From NCBI GenBank assembly GCA_963806225.1, contig CAWDXG010000004.1, positions 4,192,001 to 4,256,000 on the forward strand: a stretch of DNA of 64,000 bases, in the 5' to 3' direction. Shown here one piece after another: positions 23,450 through 32,693 of the stretch (positions are counted from its first letter, which is position 1; the number at the start of each line of letters is the position of its first letter). This DNA comes from an uncultured delta proteobacterium. GTDB taxonomy: Bacteria > Myxococcota_A > Polyangia > Polyangiales > Polyangiaceae. The position numbers and the translations under genes are program-made. The notes beneath the pieces are model-generated. The model made no database searches and was not told where the DNA came from. It worked only from the letters and a program-made list of their open reading frames with translations.

Positions 23450-24325
23450 TCAGACCGGACGCGAGCCGTCGAGCAGTGGCATCACCTTTGCGACCTCACG
23501 GACGAAGTGCTCGCGGAACAGGCGCACGCGTTTCACGCGCTTGAGATGTCGGTGGTAGACCAGCCACAGGCCGAGTTCGTGCTGCTCTTCGGGCGGACGG
23601 AAACGCGTGAGCGATGGCTCGCTGTCTCCCATGAAGCAGGGCAGGTAGGCGAGCCCGGCGCCTGCCTTCACGGCCGCGAGCGTGAGCAGGGTGTCATCGC
23701 TGAAGAGATGATGGTCGGCGTCGGGGCAGGCGTCCTTCGTCCACGCGACGTGAAACCCGCAGCACTCGATGCCCAACCATTTCTCGTCAGCCGCGCCTGC
23801 ACTCACTCGGGTGCAGTAGTCACGGCTGCCGTAGACCGCGGACGCGACGGTCGCGAGCCGGGTGCCGATCAGCGTTTCTGTCGGCGCGTCGGTCAGACGA
23901 ATCGCGATGTCGGCGTCGCGTTGGGCGAGCTTCACGAATTTGTTGGTCACCTGCACATGCAGATCGACCTTGGGATGTAGCTCGCTGAAGCTGACGAAAA
24001 TAGGCATCAGGATCGTCGACGCCATGTTGTTGATGGCCGACACGCGCAGCTCGCCCGCGACGCCCGCATCCTGACCACCCAAGGCGCCCTCGAGCCCGAG
24101 GATCTCGACCTCGATCCTGGAGGCGGCAGCCATCATCTCTTCGCCAGCCTCGGTCAGCTCGAAGCCCGACTTCTTGCGCTCGACGAGTCGAGTCTCGAGC
24201 TTCTCCTCGAGCGAACGCAGGCGCCTGGACACGGTCGAGTGCTGAACCGAGAGCCTGTTCGCCGCCCCACTGATCGACCCCTCGCGCGCCACTGCGAGGA
24301 AAATTCGCAAGTCATCCCACTGCAT
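23450..24325 (-). CDS. LysR family transcriptional regulator
   Basis: MQWDDLRIFLAVAREGSISGAANRL..HSTVSRRL HTH followed by a substrate-binding domain. Confidence 0.95.
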   Translation of the reverse strand: MQWDDLRIFLAVAREGSISGAANRLSVQHSTVSRRLRSLEEKLETRLVERKKSGFELTEAGEEMMAAASRIEVEILGLEGALGGQDAGVAGELRVSAINNMASTILMPIFVSFSELHPKVDLHVQVTNKFVKLAQRDADIAIRLTDAPTETLIGTRLATVASAVYGSRDYCTRVSAGAADEKWLGIECCGFHVAWTKDACPDADHHLFSDDTLLTLAAVKAGAGLAYLPCFMGDSEPSLTRFRPPEEQHELGLWLVYHRHLKRVKRVRLFREHFVREVAKVMPLLDGSRPV

Positions 24326-24341
24326 CAGAGCTCTCCCTCGT

Positions 24342-24357
24342 TGTGCATTTTTGCATA
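24342..24357. promoter_or_regulatory. Candidate LysR operator
   Basis: Dyad TGTGCA-TTTT-TGCATA in the AT-rich divergent intergenic region. Confidence 0.5.
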
Positions 24358-24442
24358 TCAGACTTCGACTTATCGCTAATTGTCGCGAGCGCGTTCGCAC
24401 CACATGGTCAGTTCATCAACCGAAACCACGAGGGAGTGAGCC

Positions 24443-25309
24443 ATGAGCACGACTGAAAAAGTATTCGAGCCCAACGCCTTCAAGGAGACCACGCGCCAAC
24501 AATGGAATGACGCCGCCGAGGCCTGGAATCGATGGTCGCCCCTGCTGTCGCGCTGGCTGGGCCCTGCGACCGAAAGGATGCTCGACATGACCAACATCGG
24601 AACCGGGAGCCGTGTTCTGGATGTTGCTGCGGGTGCTGGGGAACAGACCATGACCACAGCGCGCCGCGTTGGCCCCACCGGCTACGTCCTCGCCAGCGAT
24701 CTGTCACCCGGCATTCTCGAGTATACCGCATCCAACGCGAAGCTTGCAGGCTATGGCCACGTCGACACCGTGGTGAAGGACGGCGAGGCGCTGGCGGAGA
24801 TCGAGGCCGACCCCTTCGACGCCGTGATCTCGCGCGTGGGGTTGATCTACTTCCCCGACCAGCACAAGGCGATGCGCGGCATGCGTGACAAGCTGCGCGC
24901 CGGCGGTCGCGTGGGCGCCATCACCTACGCCGCCGCCGACCTGAACGCGTTCTTCTCCGTGCCGGTCGGCATCATCCGGCGTCGAGCCGCGCTGCCCGCG
25001 CCGCTGCGGGGACAACCCGGTCCGTTCAGCCTCGGAGATCCCGATGTGCTGGCCGCGAGGCTGAAGGAAGCCGGGTTCAAGGACGTCGAGGTCGAGCGAG
25101 TCGACGCGCCCGTGCGCCTGGACACGGCACTCGAGTGCCTCGAGTTCGAGCAGGAGTCCTTCGGCGCGTTGCACCAGATGTTGAGGGGACTCTCGCCGTC
25201 CGAGCAGGACGAGGCCTGGGCCGAGATCGAAGAGGCGCTCGGAGCCTACGAAGTCGACGGCAAGTTCGAGGGGCCGTGCCAGGTACTCGTCGCCGCAGGC
25301 ACGAAGTAG
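24443..25309 (+). CDS. Class I SAM-dependent methyltransferase (UbiE-like)
   Basis: RVLDVAAGAGE, DLSP, FDAVISRVGLIYFPD, PGPFSL. Confidence 0.9.
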   Translation: MSTTEKVFEPNAFKETTRQQWNDAAEAWNRWSPLLSRWLGPATERMLDMTNIGTGSRVLDVAAGAGEQTMTTARRVGPTGYVLASDLSPGILEYTASNAKLAGYGHVDTVVKDGEALAEIEADPFDAVISRVGLIYFPDQHKAMRGMRDKLRAGGRVGAITYAAADLNAFFSVPVGIIRRRAALPAPLRGQPGPFSLGDPDVLAARLKEAGFKDVEVERVDAPVRLDTALECLEFEQESFGALHQMLRGLSPSEQDEAWAEIEEALGAYEVDGKFEGPCQVLVAAGTK

Positions 25310-25351
25310 CCCAGGCGTTTCCGCAAACCAGCTGCAGCACGAGGAGATGTC

Positions 25352-26287
25352 ATGACCCAAGTAGCCGTCGTTCAAGAGCCGCCCGTCTATCTCGATCTCG
25401 AGCGGTCGATGGAGCGAGCCGTCGAATTGATCGCCACATGCGCCGCCAGGGGCTGCGACATGATCGTCTTTCCGGAGGCCTGGCTGCCGGGATACCCCAC
25501 CTTCGTCTGGCGACTCTCACCGGGCCGCGACATGGGCAAGACGGACGAGCTCTTCGCCAAGCTCCTCGGAAACTCCGTCGACCTCGGTCGAGATGGCATG
25601 GCGCCGATTCGAGAAGCTGCGCGCGAACACCGTGTGGTGGTCGTGATGGGCTATCAAGAGGTCGACGGCGGAGTCAGCGGCAGTACCATCTTCAACAGCT
25701 GCGCCATCATCGACGCGGACGGTCGCCTGGCCAACAATCACCGCAAGCTGATGCCCACGAATCCCGAGCGCATGGTCTGGGGATTCGGGGACGGCTCGGG
25801 GCTGAACGTGGTGGAGACGGCGGTGGGCCGAGTCGGCGCGCTCATCTGCTGGGAGAACTACATGCCGCTGGCTCGCTTCGCGCTCTACGCGCAGAACATC
25901 GACATCTACGTCGCTCCGACGTGGGATAGCGGCGCGACTTGGCAGGCCACCATGCAGCACATCGCGCGCGAGGGTGGTTGCTGGGTGATCGGATGCGCGA
26001 CGTCTCTGAAGGCGTCGGACATCCCTGAAGACGTGCCCTACCGGGACGAGCTATTCCCGAATGACGACGAGTGGATCAACCCCGGTGATGCCGTCGTCTA
26101 CAAGCCCTTCGGAAGCGTCGTCGCCGGGCCGATGCACGAGGAGAAGGGGCTCTTGATCACGGAGTTCGACCCCAAGGTGGCCGCCGCATCGCGCCGCAAG
26201 TTCGACGTGAGTGGTCACTACGCCCGCCCCGACGTGTTCTCCTTGAGCGTGAATCGTCAGAAGCAGACGCCAGCGATCTTCAGTTAG
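25352..26287 (+). CDS. Nitrilase (carbon-nitrogen hydrolase)
   Basis: Catalytic E-K-C in FPEAWLPGYP, HRKLMPT and LICWENYMP; DVSGHYARPDVF. Confidence 0.93.
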   Translation: MTQVAVVQEPPVYLDLERSMERAVELIATCAARGCDMIVFPEAWLPGYPTFVWRLSPGRDMGKTDELFAKLLGNSVDLGRDGMAPIREAAREHRVVVVMGYQEVDGGVSGSTIFNSCAIIDADGRLANNHRKLMPTNPERMVWGFGDGSGLNVVETAVGRVGALICWENYMPLARFALYAQNIDIYVAPTWDSGATWQATMQHIAREGGCWVIGCATSLKASDIPEDVPYRDELFPNDDEWINPGDAVVYKPFGSVVAGPMHEEKGLLITEFDPKVAAASRRKFDVSGHYARPDVFSLSVNRQKQTPAIFS

Positions 26288-26290
26288 AGG

Positions 26291-26458
26291 GAGGATAACC
26301 GACCCGCCGGGCCGTGCTACATTCGCATCCGCTACGTTGCGTTTCCGCTTCTTTCCGCTGCTCGTCGCGCTGTGTCTGGTGACCGCACCGCTCGCGGCGG
26401 CCCCCAGCAAGAAGAGCCGGGACGAGGTCGTCCGGCTAGTGAGCCGGAGCGCGCGGCA
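26291..26458 (+). repeat. Right (intact) copy of the direct repeat: upstream region and 5' end of the TPR gene
   Basis: Matches 23338-23437 and begins 3 nt after the nitrilase stop. Confidence 0.9.
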
Positions 26459-27086
26459 CTACGAAGCGGGGCGCTTCGATCAGGCCATCGAGCTCCTGCA
26501 GAGGGCCTACGCGATCGAGCCCGACCCGACCATTCTCTATAACCTCGCTCGCGCCTACGAGGGCAAGGGCGAGCTGCAGCGCGCGGTCGAAGCCTACCGG
26601 AAGTACCTCGACGACGCCCCGAAAGCGCGGGACCGCGGGTCGGTGCAACACCGCATCACCACGCTAGAAGTGCAGATCCGCGAGAAAGCGGCGCTCGAAC
26701 GCGAGCGCGACCTGGCCGCCCGACGCGCCCTTGAAGCCCGCCGGAGAGCCGCGCGCGCAGAAGAAGAAGAGAAGAGCGCGCCGCCCGCCGGCAAACCGAG
26801 CGTGGTGCCATGGATCGTCGCGGCCATCGGCGCTGCGGTGGTCGGTAGCGGCGTCTACTTCGGTGTGCACGCGCACTCGCTGCACGGCGACGCCGAGAGC
26901 GCGGCGCTCGCCCGCGATGCCGCCGATCTGAACAGCCGGGCGAAGACCTACGCGCTGCTCGCCAACGTGTCGTTTGCGGTGGGCGGTGCGGCGGTCGTCG
27001 GTGGCGTCAGCTGGGGCGTCGTCGCGCAGTCGTCGTCAGGCGCGCCGACGACGGCGCGCGGCATCACGATCCGTGGTCGGTTCTAG
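26337..27086 (+). CDS. Secreted TPR protein with C-terminal membrane segments
   Basis: Signal peptide; YEAGRFDQAIELLQRAYAIEPDPTILYNLARAYE; Gly-rich hydrophobic tail ending IRGRF. Confidence 0.85.
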   Translation: MRFRFFPLLVALCLVTAPLAAAPSKKSRDEVVRLVSRSARHYEAGRFDQAIELLQRAYAIEPDPTILYNLARAYEGKGELQRAVEAYRKYLDDAPKARDRGSVQHRITTLEVQIREKAALERERDLAARRALEARRRAARAEEEEKSAPPAGKPSVVPWIVAAIGAAVVGSGVYFGVHAHSLHGDAESAALARDAADLNSRAKTYALLANVSFAVGGAAVVGGVSWGVVAQSSSGAPTTARGITIRGRF

Positions 27087-28441
27087 CGCTTGCGCTTGCC
27101 CGTTTTGAGGATGTGGAAGTATCGGCGGCCGATGCCGAGGGCGGCGGCGGCGCGTTCGACGCTGCCGTCGTGCTCGGCTAGCGCCCGCTCGACGTAGGCC
27201 TTCTGCAGTGCCTCGAGCACACGCAGCCGCGCGACCGGAAACGGCAGCCGGGCGTGCAGCACATCACGCATGGCGCGTTCCGCTCCGACAAGCGCGTCTT
27301 CCGCGTCCCCGGGCGGGGCTTGTTCGTCCTCGACGGTCGTGTCGCCCGCGACCAGCTGGCGCGCGATGGCGTTCTTCAGCTCGCGCACGTTGCCGGGCCA
27401 GTCGTAGCTCTCCCAGCGCTGCAGTAGATGGTGGGGAAGCGGCGTGCCGGGCGCCAGCTCGGACCAGAAGTGGCGCGCCAGAACGGCGACGTCTCCACGG
27501 CGCCGCCGCAGCGGAGGCAGCGCGATGCGCCCGACCGCGAGGCGGTGGAACAGATCGTCGCGGAAGAGCCCTTCCTGGACCGCCCGATCGAGATCACGGC
27601 GCGTCGCGGCGATCACACGGACGTCGACCTTGATGAGCGAGTTGCCGCCGACGCGGCGCACCTCGCCGCGCTCGAGCGCGCGCAGGAGCTTCGGCTGCAG
27701 GCTCACGTCGAGGTCGCCGATCTCGTCGATGAACAGCGTGCCACCGTCCGCCTGCTCGAAGACCCCGAGTCGCTTGGCCGTCGCGCCGGTGAAAGCGCCG
27801 CGCTCGTGACCGAACAGCTCGCTCTCGGCGAGGTTCGGCGGAATGGCCGTGCAGTCGAGCACGACGTACGGCGCGCCGCGCCGCGAGCTGTGCTCGTGGA
27901 CGGCCTCGGCCAGCACCTCTTTGCCCGTGCCTGTCTCGCCTTCGATCACCAGCGACACGTCGCTCTGGGCAAGGCGTTCGACCAGCGGGTACAGACGGGT
28001 CAGTTCGGGGCTCTGCCCGACGAAGCGACCGAAGCCAGTGCGTCGCGGCGCGCGCGCAACGCGGCCCTCCGGTTCGTAGCGGTCGATCCTGAGGGCGCTG
28101 CTGCCGAGACGCACGACCTCGCCGCCGGTGAGGAATCCCTCGAGCACGGGCACGCCGTCCACGAAAGTGCCGTTCGTGGACTTCAGGTCGGTGATGCGCA
28201 GTCGACGTCCCTCTACGTCCAGCGCCGCGTGGCGGCGGCTGACCTCGCGGTCCTTGATGCGCAGGGCGCAGACTTCGCTCTGGCCGATGAATACCGAGCC
28301 GGGCTCGTCGCCCTGCAGAACGAACGTCTTGCCGGCGTCCGGACCCTCGACCACAACCACGTCGAACCGGGCATCCGGCGGCGCTTCAGGCTCGTAGCGC
28401 TGGCTGGCGACGGTGCGGAGATCGTCACTCGATTCGCCCAC
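27083..28441 (-). CDS. FHA-domain sigma54 enhancer-binding protein
   Basis: FHA (VSRRHA, DLKSTNGT), GETGTGKE, ESELFGHERGAFTGA, WPGNVREL and Fis-type HTH. Start is GTG 28441 or ATG 28453. Confidence 0.93.
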   Translation of the reverse strand: MGESSDDLRTVASQRYEPEAPPDARFDVVVVEGPDAGKTFVLQGDEPGSVFIGQSEVCALRIKDREVSRRHAALDVEGRRLRITDLKSTNGTFVDGVPVLEGFLTGGEVVRLGSSALRIDRYEPEGRVARAPRRTGFGRFVGQSPELTRLYPLVERLAQSDVSLVIEGETGTGKEVLAEAVHEHSSRRGAPYVVLDCTAIPPNLAESELFGHERGAFTGATAKRLGVFEQADGGTLFIDEIGDLDVSLQPKLLRALERGEVRRVGGNSLIKVDVRVIAATRRDLDRAVQEGLFRDDLFHRLAVGRIALPPLRRRRGDVAVLARHFWSELAPGTPLPHHLLQRWESYDWPGNVRELKNAIARQLVAGDTTVEDEQAPPGDAEDALVGAERAMRDVLHARLPFPVARLRVLEALQKAYVERALAEHDGSVERAAAALGIGRRYFHILKTGKRKR

Positions 28442-30281
28442 AAGGCGCAGCATAGCACCTGCGCCGATAAGCGATGACGAGCCCTGCGAGCAGCGCGAGC
28501 CACGACAGCGGCGAGCCATCGCGCGTGCGCGCTGTCCGGCATCCGCAGCCACTATCCGCGCCACCGGTGCCCGTGCCCGGATCCAGAGCGGCCGTGGAGC
28601 CCGCCGCTCCCGACACGCCGCCGGCGCCGGGCGCTCCGCCAGCAGCCGGCGCTCCTCCGGCGCCAGACCCGCCCGACATGTCCCCCAGCGGGTAGCGCCC
28701 CATGTCCACCGCAGCGACCTTGTACAGGCTACCGTCGCCCGCGCCCTTCGCTGGCGAGCCGTCCTGCAGGTGGAAGTCGGCCTTGGCAGCGTCGACGAAC
28801 AGCGGATCGCCAGAGATGGACCCATCCTCGATCGCGTTCGAGCTCTGCACGTCGACAACGGTGTAGCCCGTGCCCGAGCCGCCCGGGCCGGTCCAGTCGG
28901 GCCGCAGCAGGTAGTCGTTGTCGTTGCCGGAGAAGTCGTTGTCGTGCGCCGTGAACACCGGCAGAAAGTCCGCGAACGTCGCCTTGCTGCCGCTTGCGCC
29001 GTGGTCGAGGAACACCCCGCGCGTGTTCCCCGTGAAGATGTTGTTGGCGATCAACGTGCCCGGGTGCGCGAGCGTCACGTCCACGCCCGAGTCGCAGTCG
29101 AAGAACACGTTGTTGAAGATGCGGTTGTTCTCGTTCTGGTCTCCCGACGCGAAGCCGACGCCGACACCGCAGCGCACGAGCGCGTTCTCCTTTATCGTCC
29201 AACCGCCGCCCGGGTAGTTCTCCGGATCGCTGGTGGCGCAGTTGGGCTTCTTCCAGTGGCAGCGGCGGCTGGCGGGCTGGACGCACACACCCACGTCGTG
29301 AACGTAGTTCCCACGCACGACGACATTGGCGACGCCGTCCTTCGTCGTGATGCCCTGACCCACGATGTCGTAGACTTCGTTGCCCTCGACCAGCGACGGG
29401 TCGGTGGGGTCCATATCCATCAAGGTGATGCCCTTGGAATTGGAGAACCCGCCCCAGTACTTCGAGTCGAAGGCGCGGTTGTTCCGGATCGTCACGCCGG
29501 CGCCGTACGACACGAAGATCGAATAGGAATTGTCGTTGCCGTTCGAGTTGTGACCCAGCACATTGTTCTCGATCAGCTGCCCCTGACCGCCCTCGATGCT
29601 GATAGCGGTGTTCTGGGTGTACAGGATCTCGAGCCCGCGGATCTCCAGGTACGAGGTGCCGAGTGCGTAGATGAAGTGCTGCTGGGAGAGCTCGAACACC
29701 TTCTGGTTCGGGTCCATGCCCGCGGGCGGCAGCATGTAGATGTAGCAGCCGGCGTTATCCTTCGAGCAGCCGGCGCCGCTATCGTCCGCCTTGGTCCACT
29801 CACCTGGGTTCTTCAAGTCGACGATATCGGCGTGGGAGCGCGTGCCGCTGACCGTTTTCATCACGTGCTCGATGCGCGTGTCGCCCGTGAAGAGCCCGGT
29901 TGGGTCGTTCGGCAGGAAGCTCGCGTCGAGGCGATAGAGCCCTCCGCTTCTCGCTTCCCATGTCTTTCCCTCGGTGCTCCTGGAACCGAGGAACGTCACC
30001 TTCTCGCCCGGGTACGCGCGAATGGTCACGTGACTCGAGGGTGTGGCGTCGGGTCGATAGAGCTTCGTGCTGCCCGGGTTGTCCGTCAGCCGATAGGTGC
30101 CCGCGCGGATCGTCAGCGTATCGCCGTTCTGCACCGCTTCGAGCCCCTTCTGGAAGGAAGCGAAAGGCGCAGCCTGGCTGCCCGGGTTCGAATCGCTGCC
30201 GCTGGGCGCCACGAAGAACTCCGCGGCCGCCGCCGGCGCCGCGAACAGCAGAACGAAAAGAAGAGCGACAACAGAGCGCAT
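28425..30281 (-). CDS. Right-handed beta-helix protein (pectin-lyase-like) with MYXO-CTERM
   Basis: FFVAPSGSDSNPG, IRAGTY and Asn-ladder repeats; C-terminal SGCGCR..SWLALLAGLVIAYRRR. Confidence 0.85.
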   Translation of the reverse strand: MRSVVALLFVLLFAAPAAAAEFFVAPSGSDSNPGSQAAPFASFQKGLEAVQNGDTLTIRAGTYRLTDNPGSTKLYRPDATPSSHVTIRAYPGEKVTFLGSRSTEGKTWEARSGGLYRLDASFLPNDPTGLFTGDTRIEHVMKTVSGTRSHADIVDLKNPGEWTKADDSGAGCSKDNAGCYIYMLPPAGMDPNQKVFELSQQHFIYALGTSYLEIRGLEILYTQNTAISIEGGQGQLIENNVLGHNSNGNDNSYSIFVSYGAGVTIRNNRAFDSKYWGGFSNSKGITLMDMDPTDPSLVEGNEVYDIVGQGITTKDGVANVVVRGNYVHDVGVCVQPASRRCHWKKPNCATSDPENYPGGGWTIKENALVRCGVGVGFASGDQNENNRIFNNVFFDCDSGVDVTLAHPGTLIANNIFTGNTRGVFLDHGASGSKATFADFLPVFTAHDNDFSGNDNDYLLRPDWTGPGGSGTGYTVVDVQSSNAIEDGSISGDPLFVDAAKADFHLQDGSPAKGAGDGSLYKVAAVDMGRYPLGDMSGGSGAGGAPAAGGAPGAGGVSGAAGSTAALDPGTGTGGADSGCGCRTARTRDGSPLSWLALLAGLVIAYRRRCYAAPCGRIE

Positions 30282-30289
30282 CACATACC

Positions 30290-31432
30290 TCACATGCAAC
30301 CGATGCGTTGCGTGCTCACGACGACATCGTCGAACCACACGCGATTGGAGTGGCTCTTGGCGTCGGAGGTCTCGAGGTAGTGCTGCAGCCGCACCATGTT
30401 GAGACCCAGATCCGCAGTGTTGCGGAAGTGCATGCCGGTTTCGCGGTCGGCTAGCTTGCCGTCCACCCAGTAGGCCATCTCGCCATTTTTCTGACCCACG
30501 TCGTTGGCCTTCATCATCATCTCCATGCACACCCACTTCCCCGTAGGAATCGGCACGTCCTGCGCCGGCTTGAACCAGTTGCCCCAACAGCACTCGGGCC
30601 CGTTGCTGCAGGGCATGCCTTTCTTGGCGCAGCCGTCGCAGATGGCCTGGGAGTCGGCGTACTTGTCGCAGGTCGCGCCGGGGTCGCAGTTCATCTCCGG
30701 GTAGTACGTGTAGAAGAACGTGTTGTGCGTGTTCGCGGCGAAGTCGACGGTCGTACCCATGGCGCGCGAACCGTTCGGGCGACAGCCGGCGTTGCCGTAG
30801 GCGTCCCAGAACTGCTGGCTGCCGCTGATGTTGAGGAAGTGATGAACTCGCTCGTGATCGGCGGCGAGCTTCACGTAGGTGCGGAAGTAGAGCTGGTCGT
30901 AGCTCTTCAGCGCACAGCCGGCCTTGTTCGCGCCGTCGCAGGTGCGGTAGATGAGATCCGCGCCCTTGTAGCCGGAGCTCGCCGCGGCCGGGTAGTACAC
31001 GGCGTACTTGCCGGTGTGCGCATCCGTCGACGAGGTCATGCGTCCGGGATCGCTCGCGCCGATCGAGTCGGTCCAGCCCCAGTTGGCTTTCCAGGCGTCG
31101 AAACCGGCGGCCATCCCCTCGAAGTCCTCGCAGAACAGCCAGCCCGGGCCGGGGTTCTGGCAGTCGTAGGCTGTGGACGTGCTACCCCCGGCCCCGGTGT
31201 TGCCGCTGCCGCCGGAGCTACTGGCGTTTCCACTGCCGCCAGCGCTCGTCCCACCGCTGTTGCCGGCATCGGCACCGCCACTGCCGCCCGTCGAGCTACC
31301 CGGCTTGTGCGATGTGCTCCCGTTCGACGTGCCGCCGTTCGACGTGCCGGGGGCGGAGCCACTGCTCCCCGATGAGCACGCTGCCGCCAGAACCAGGACC
31401 GAAGCACACGAAAGAGCAGGATGGCGCATCAC
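30290..31432 (-). CDS. Lipoprotein with a polysaccharide-lyase-like beta-sandwich
   Basis: Lipobox AAAC, Ser/Gly tether, then LFCEDFE, LYFRTYVKL, WVCMEMMMKAN..GEMAYWVDG and VWFDDVVVSTQRIGC. Confidence 0.7.
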   Translation of the reverse strand: MMRHPALSCASVLVLAAACSSGSSGSAPGTSNGGTSNGSTSHKPGSSTGGSGGADAGNSGGTSAGGSGNASSSGGSGNTGAGGSTSTAYDCQNPGPGWLFCEDFEGMAAGFDAWKANWGWTDSIGASDPGRMTSSTDAHTGKYAVYYPAAASSGYKGADLIYRTCDGANKAGCALKSYDQLYFRTYVKLAADHERVHHFLNISGSQQFWDAYGNAGCRPNGSRAMGTTVDFAANTHNTFFYTYYPEMNCDPGATCDKYADSQAICDGCAKKGMPCSNGPECCWGNWFKPAQDVPIPTGKWVCMEMMMKANDVGQKNGEMAYWVDGKLADRETGMHFRNTADLGLNMVRLQHYLETSDAKSHSNRVWFDDVVVSTQRIGCM

Positions 31433-31444
31433 GCCCCCCCGCTG

Positions 31445-31460
31445 TGCAAGGTCCATTCCG
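31445..31460 (-). promoter_or_regulatory. Sigma54 (-24/-12) promoter
   Basis: CGGAAT-GGACC-TTGCA (GG-N10-GC), 13 nt before the in-frame GTG at 31432. Confidence 0.6.
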
Positions 31461-31546
31461 CCTCGTAATCAACGTGTTCCTGGCCGGTTGGGAACGGCTG
31501 GATCCTGCTGCACGCGGACGACGGGATCCACTGGATCCGGACAGCG

Positions 31547-32644
31547 CTACCAGCGCAGGCGGATCCCATCGACGCGCACTGATTCGCCGATCGCCCAGGA
31601 ACGTCCAACGCTGACCTCGCAGATGCTCGTCGACTTCATCGTCGCCGCATCGAGGTTGCCGCTCCCCGTCTGGAACTGGTCCAACGGAAGCTCGAGCACC
31701 TGGTAGCCGGACCCGGGTCGGAACACGTACGGATGGACGGAGGCGGTCGTGATGCTGCTGCAGTCGCCCGGCGCCGGGCCCGAGATGAGCCGCACTTCGC
31801 CCCACGCCGCAAGCGCAGGACCGTTGACCGCTACCGCGAGCTCCAGGTAGGCCGCACTGAAATCCATGAGCGGGTAGTCCTGCGCCGGATCGGTACCGAT
31901 CGAGAAGATACCGACGTTCTCGTAGGTGCCGCTGGTGACGCTTCCGTCGTTGGGCCAGCCGGGCCAGTAGATGTAGCGCTGTCCGTCGAACGCCTGCGTC
32001 GCGTCCGTCTGCAGCGAGGCGTCGGGTGGTCGTGCCTGCCCCTTCGGGTGCGGCTGATCGTCGAAAAGAGCGTAGGAAAACCCCGAGGGTTCGCTCGTGA
32101 GCGCGTGCACGGGATCCGTCGTGAACACGCAGCCTGAAGCATCGTAGACGAGCAGGCGCGCCTGGTATTCCGTGCCTGGCGTGAGCCCGTCGGTCGTGGT
32201 CGCCGTGATCGGATCGGTGCCGCTCGAGAGCCGGAGCTCGTATTGACCGAGCTCCGGACTATCGGCCTGGGTCCACACCGAGCCGCCGGGGCCGTCGTTG
32301 CCGCCGGACTGCGCGAGCTGGATGGCCGAATCGAGCGCGCCCGGAGAAGTGCCCAGGACAAGCTTGTACTGCACGAAGTCGTCGGCCTTCCCCTGTGGCG
32401 TCCAACCCCAGCGCACGGTGTGCGGCGTCTCCCATACGCGCTTGAAGCCGGTGACGGTGAACGCGGGCGTGCAGGCCTGGGGCTGCGCGCTCTTCTGGCA
32501 CTTGCTCGAGACGCACGCGAAGCCGTCGGGGCAAGGAGCCTCGACCGAGCAGCCCTTGCCGGAGTAGTCGATGTCACCCACGCTGCAGCCCGCAAGAAGC
32601 GCGACGATCGCAGCGCTTGCAGACAACCACCGGAAGCGGGACAT
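31547..32644 (-). CDS. Lipoprotein with a Cys-rich N-terminus and FN3-like domain
   Basis: Lipobox LAGC; CS..APCPDGFACVSSKC; VRWGW..GLTPGTEYQARL. Confidence 0.75.
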   Translation of the reverse strand: MSRFRWLSASAAIVALLAGCSVGDIDYSGKGCSVEAPCPDGFACVSSKCQKSAQPQACTPAFTVTGFKRVWETPHTVRWGWTPQGKADDFVQYKLVLGTSPGALDSAIQLAQSGGNDGPGGSVWTQADSPELGQYELRLSSGTDPITATTTDGLTPGTEYQARLLVYDASGCVFTTDPVHALTSEPSGFSYALFDDQPHPKGQARPPDASLQTDATQAFDGQRYIYWPGWPNDGSVTSGTYENVGIFSIGTDPAQDYPLMDFSAAYLELAVAVNGPALAAWGEVRLISGPAPGDCSSITTASVHPYVFRPGSGYQVLELPLDQFQTGSGNLDAATMKSTSICEVSVGRSWAIGESVRVDGIRLRW

Positions 32645-32665
32645 CGATCGCTAGCCTAGAGCCGC

Positions 32666-32681
32666 GGGCACGGCCGTTGCT
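32666..32681 (+). promoter_or_regulatory. Sigma54 (-24/-12) promoter
   Basis: GGGCAC-GGCCG-TTGCT, 13 nt before ATG 32694. Confidence 0.7.
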
Positions 32682-32693
32682 AGTCGGAGTGAC

